55,679 nucleotides of DNA from an uncultured Methanosarcinales archaeon (GTDB lineage: Archaea > Nanobdellota > Nanobdellia > Woesearchaeales > CAYZNE01), in NCBI GenBank assembly GCA_964461035.1, contig CAYWRI010000001.1:43394-99072 (forward strand). The letters run 5' to 3'. Under the pieces are notes generated by a model. That model saw only the letters and a program-made list of their open reading frames with translations. It was not told where the DNA came from and ran no database searches. Shown piece by piece: positions 54,612 to 55,679 of this stretch; within the stretch, counting starts at the first letter, position 1; the number at the start of each line of letters is the position of its first letter. Position numbers and translations under genes: made by a program.

Positions 54612-55679
54612 CTATCGATTAGCGGCAATCTCAATTACATCGAGATGTTTTAATGGATATTCTTTACCGTGTGTGCGTTTTGTTTTAACATCAATGCATC
54701 TAATAAAGTTTTTACCAAAGTCTGTGTGTAGTTTGTATGCAAAGTCTATTGCAGTGCTACCTTCTTTCATGAGAAAACAATCAGGAATAACATTCCCATT
54801 CTGATCTTCTAATTTATTTACTCCCCCAGGATGTATTGCAATATATTTTAATAATTCAAAAACAGCAGAATTCAATATGTTCTGACAACCAGTTCCAAAT
54901 TCAAACTTGTCAAGAACATTGGATTTTAAGAAAGTAAGTGCTTTTTTTTGCTGTTCATTTAATTTTTCATTACCTAATTCAGTAATTTTAAAATCTTTAG
55001 AACCCGGAATATAATCTATTAAATTATGTTTTGCAGCTTCTTTTAATGCTAATTCTGATTCAGAAGAGCAAGGTAAAATAATTCTGTCTGAAAATTGCGT
55101 TCTTAATTTTTCATAGTTTTCTTGAGCACCAGGAATATCTACTTTATTAGCTGCAACAATCATTGGTTTTGTTTTTTTTCTTAAAAATGCTGCTAAACTA
55201 AATAAATTCTTTTCAGTCCATTCGCTTGGTTTTTGAGGAGGAAGTGATAATTCAGATATTCCTTGTTTTATCATGTCTTCGTCTACACCAAGGCCTGATA
55301 ATTGTTTTGCTAGTGCTTTATTTATTTCTGTGTGTTCCTGCTGTATTTGTCTTGCGAATTTTTCCCAACCTTTATTTAATATTCTTAAATACCAATAATC
55401 CATTTCTTCTTCTAAGAATAAAACATCTTGAGCAGGATCATAACTTCCTTGTTCAACGGGTTCACCTTTTTCATTTGTAGAACCAGAAACATCTATTACA
55501 TTAATAAGCACATCTGCCTGTCTTAAATCATCTAAGAACTGTGAACCCATTCCTTTTCCTTCATGTGCTCCAGGAACAAGACCTGCTACATCAATCAGAT
55601 CAACAGGCACAAATCTGTATTTATCTAAAATAAATCCTTCTCTTGGATTTGCTATTTTGTCAAATTCTCTTGCAACATC
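54612..55679 (-). CDS. ychF: archaeal YchF/Obg-family translation-associated GTPase/ATPase with TGS domain; 5'-truncated by the window edge
   Basis: IDVAGLVPGAHEGKGMGSQFLDDLR, VAANKVD, C-terminal TAIDFAYKLHTD...IDVKTKR...LKHLDVIEI. Confidence 0.93.
   Translation of the reverse strand, partial: DVAREFDKIANPREGFILDKYRFVPVDLIDVAGLVPGAHEGKGMGSQFLDDLRQADVLINVIDVSGSTNEKGEPVEQGSYDPAQDVLFLEEEMDYWYLRILNKGWEKFARQIQQEHTEINKALAKQLSGLGVDEDMIKQGISELSLPPQKPSEWTEKNLFSLAAFLRKKTKPMIVAANKVDIPGAQENYEKLRTQFSDRIILPCSSESELALKEAAKHNLIDYIPGSKDFKITELGNEKLNEQQKKALTFLKSNVLDKFEFGTGCQNILNSAVFELLKYIAIHPGGVNKLEDQNGNVIPDCFLMKEGSTAIDFAYKLHTDFGKNFIRCIDVKTKRTHGKEYPLKHLDVIEIAANR

Noticed and set aside
5327-55480. Short track ORFs antisense to or overlapping well-supported genes (e.g. 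5327-5644, 6059-6259, 16018-16251, 19026-20153, 33745-34023, 43228-43518, 47474-47872, 51252-51758, 55226-55480)
   Set aside because: Shadow ORFs with no recognisable motifs; 16018-16251 runs through two tRNA genes.
1-55679. CRISPR array or cas genes
   Set aside because: No regularly spaced direct repeats with unique spacers; the repeats found are pairs only.

Overview
A very AT-rich archaeal genome segment. The gene content points to a DPANN lineage, most likely Woesearchaeota (inference). It carries housekeeping genes (FKBP PPIase, ftsZ-secE-spt5, pyrH, PGI/PMI, aMBF1, Trm11-type methylase, FEN1, YchF-type GTPase), four tRNAs (Lys-CTT, Ser-TGA, intron-containing Met-CAT, Thr-CGT), and many secreted proteins. 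The main finding is a family of five miniature Rhs genes (about 380-410 aa each) at three loci. Each has a signal peptide, an ~110-aa Rhs-associated core ending in D(P/S)xG with no YD-repeat shell, and a variable C-terminal domain. All five C-termini carry protease-like catalytic motifs (transglutaminase-like Cys/His, caspase-like His/Cys twice, HExxH zincin twice). No co-transcribed immunity gene is visible, and the DNA shows signs of module swapping at the DPxG junction. Other notable items: (1) a kink-turn C'/D' motif in the tRNA-Met intron whose guide points at C34 of its own tRNA, and a free-standing C/D-like sRNA with the same architecture; (2) two secreted proteins sharing a dockerin plus a Cys-containing tail; (3) a papain-family protease whose prodomain appears to be a separate upstream gene; (4) a tandem duplication of type IV pilin-like genes; (5) a two-gene cassette flanked by 42-bp direct repeats; (6) several pseudogenes. 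No CRISPR array, rRNA, integrase or transposase was recognised. All family calls come from motif recognition by eye; no database search was run.
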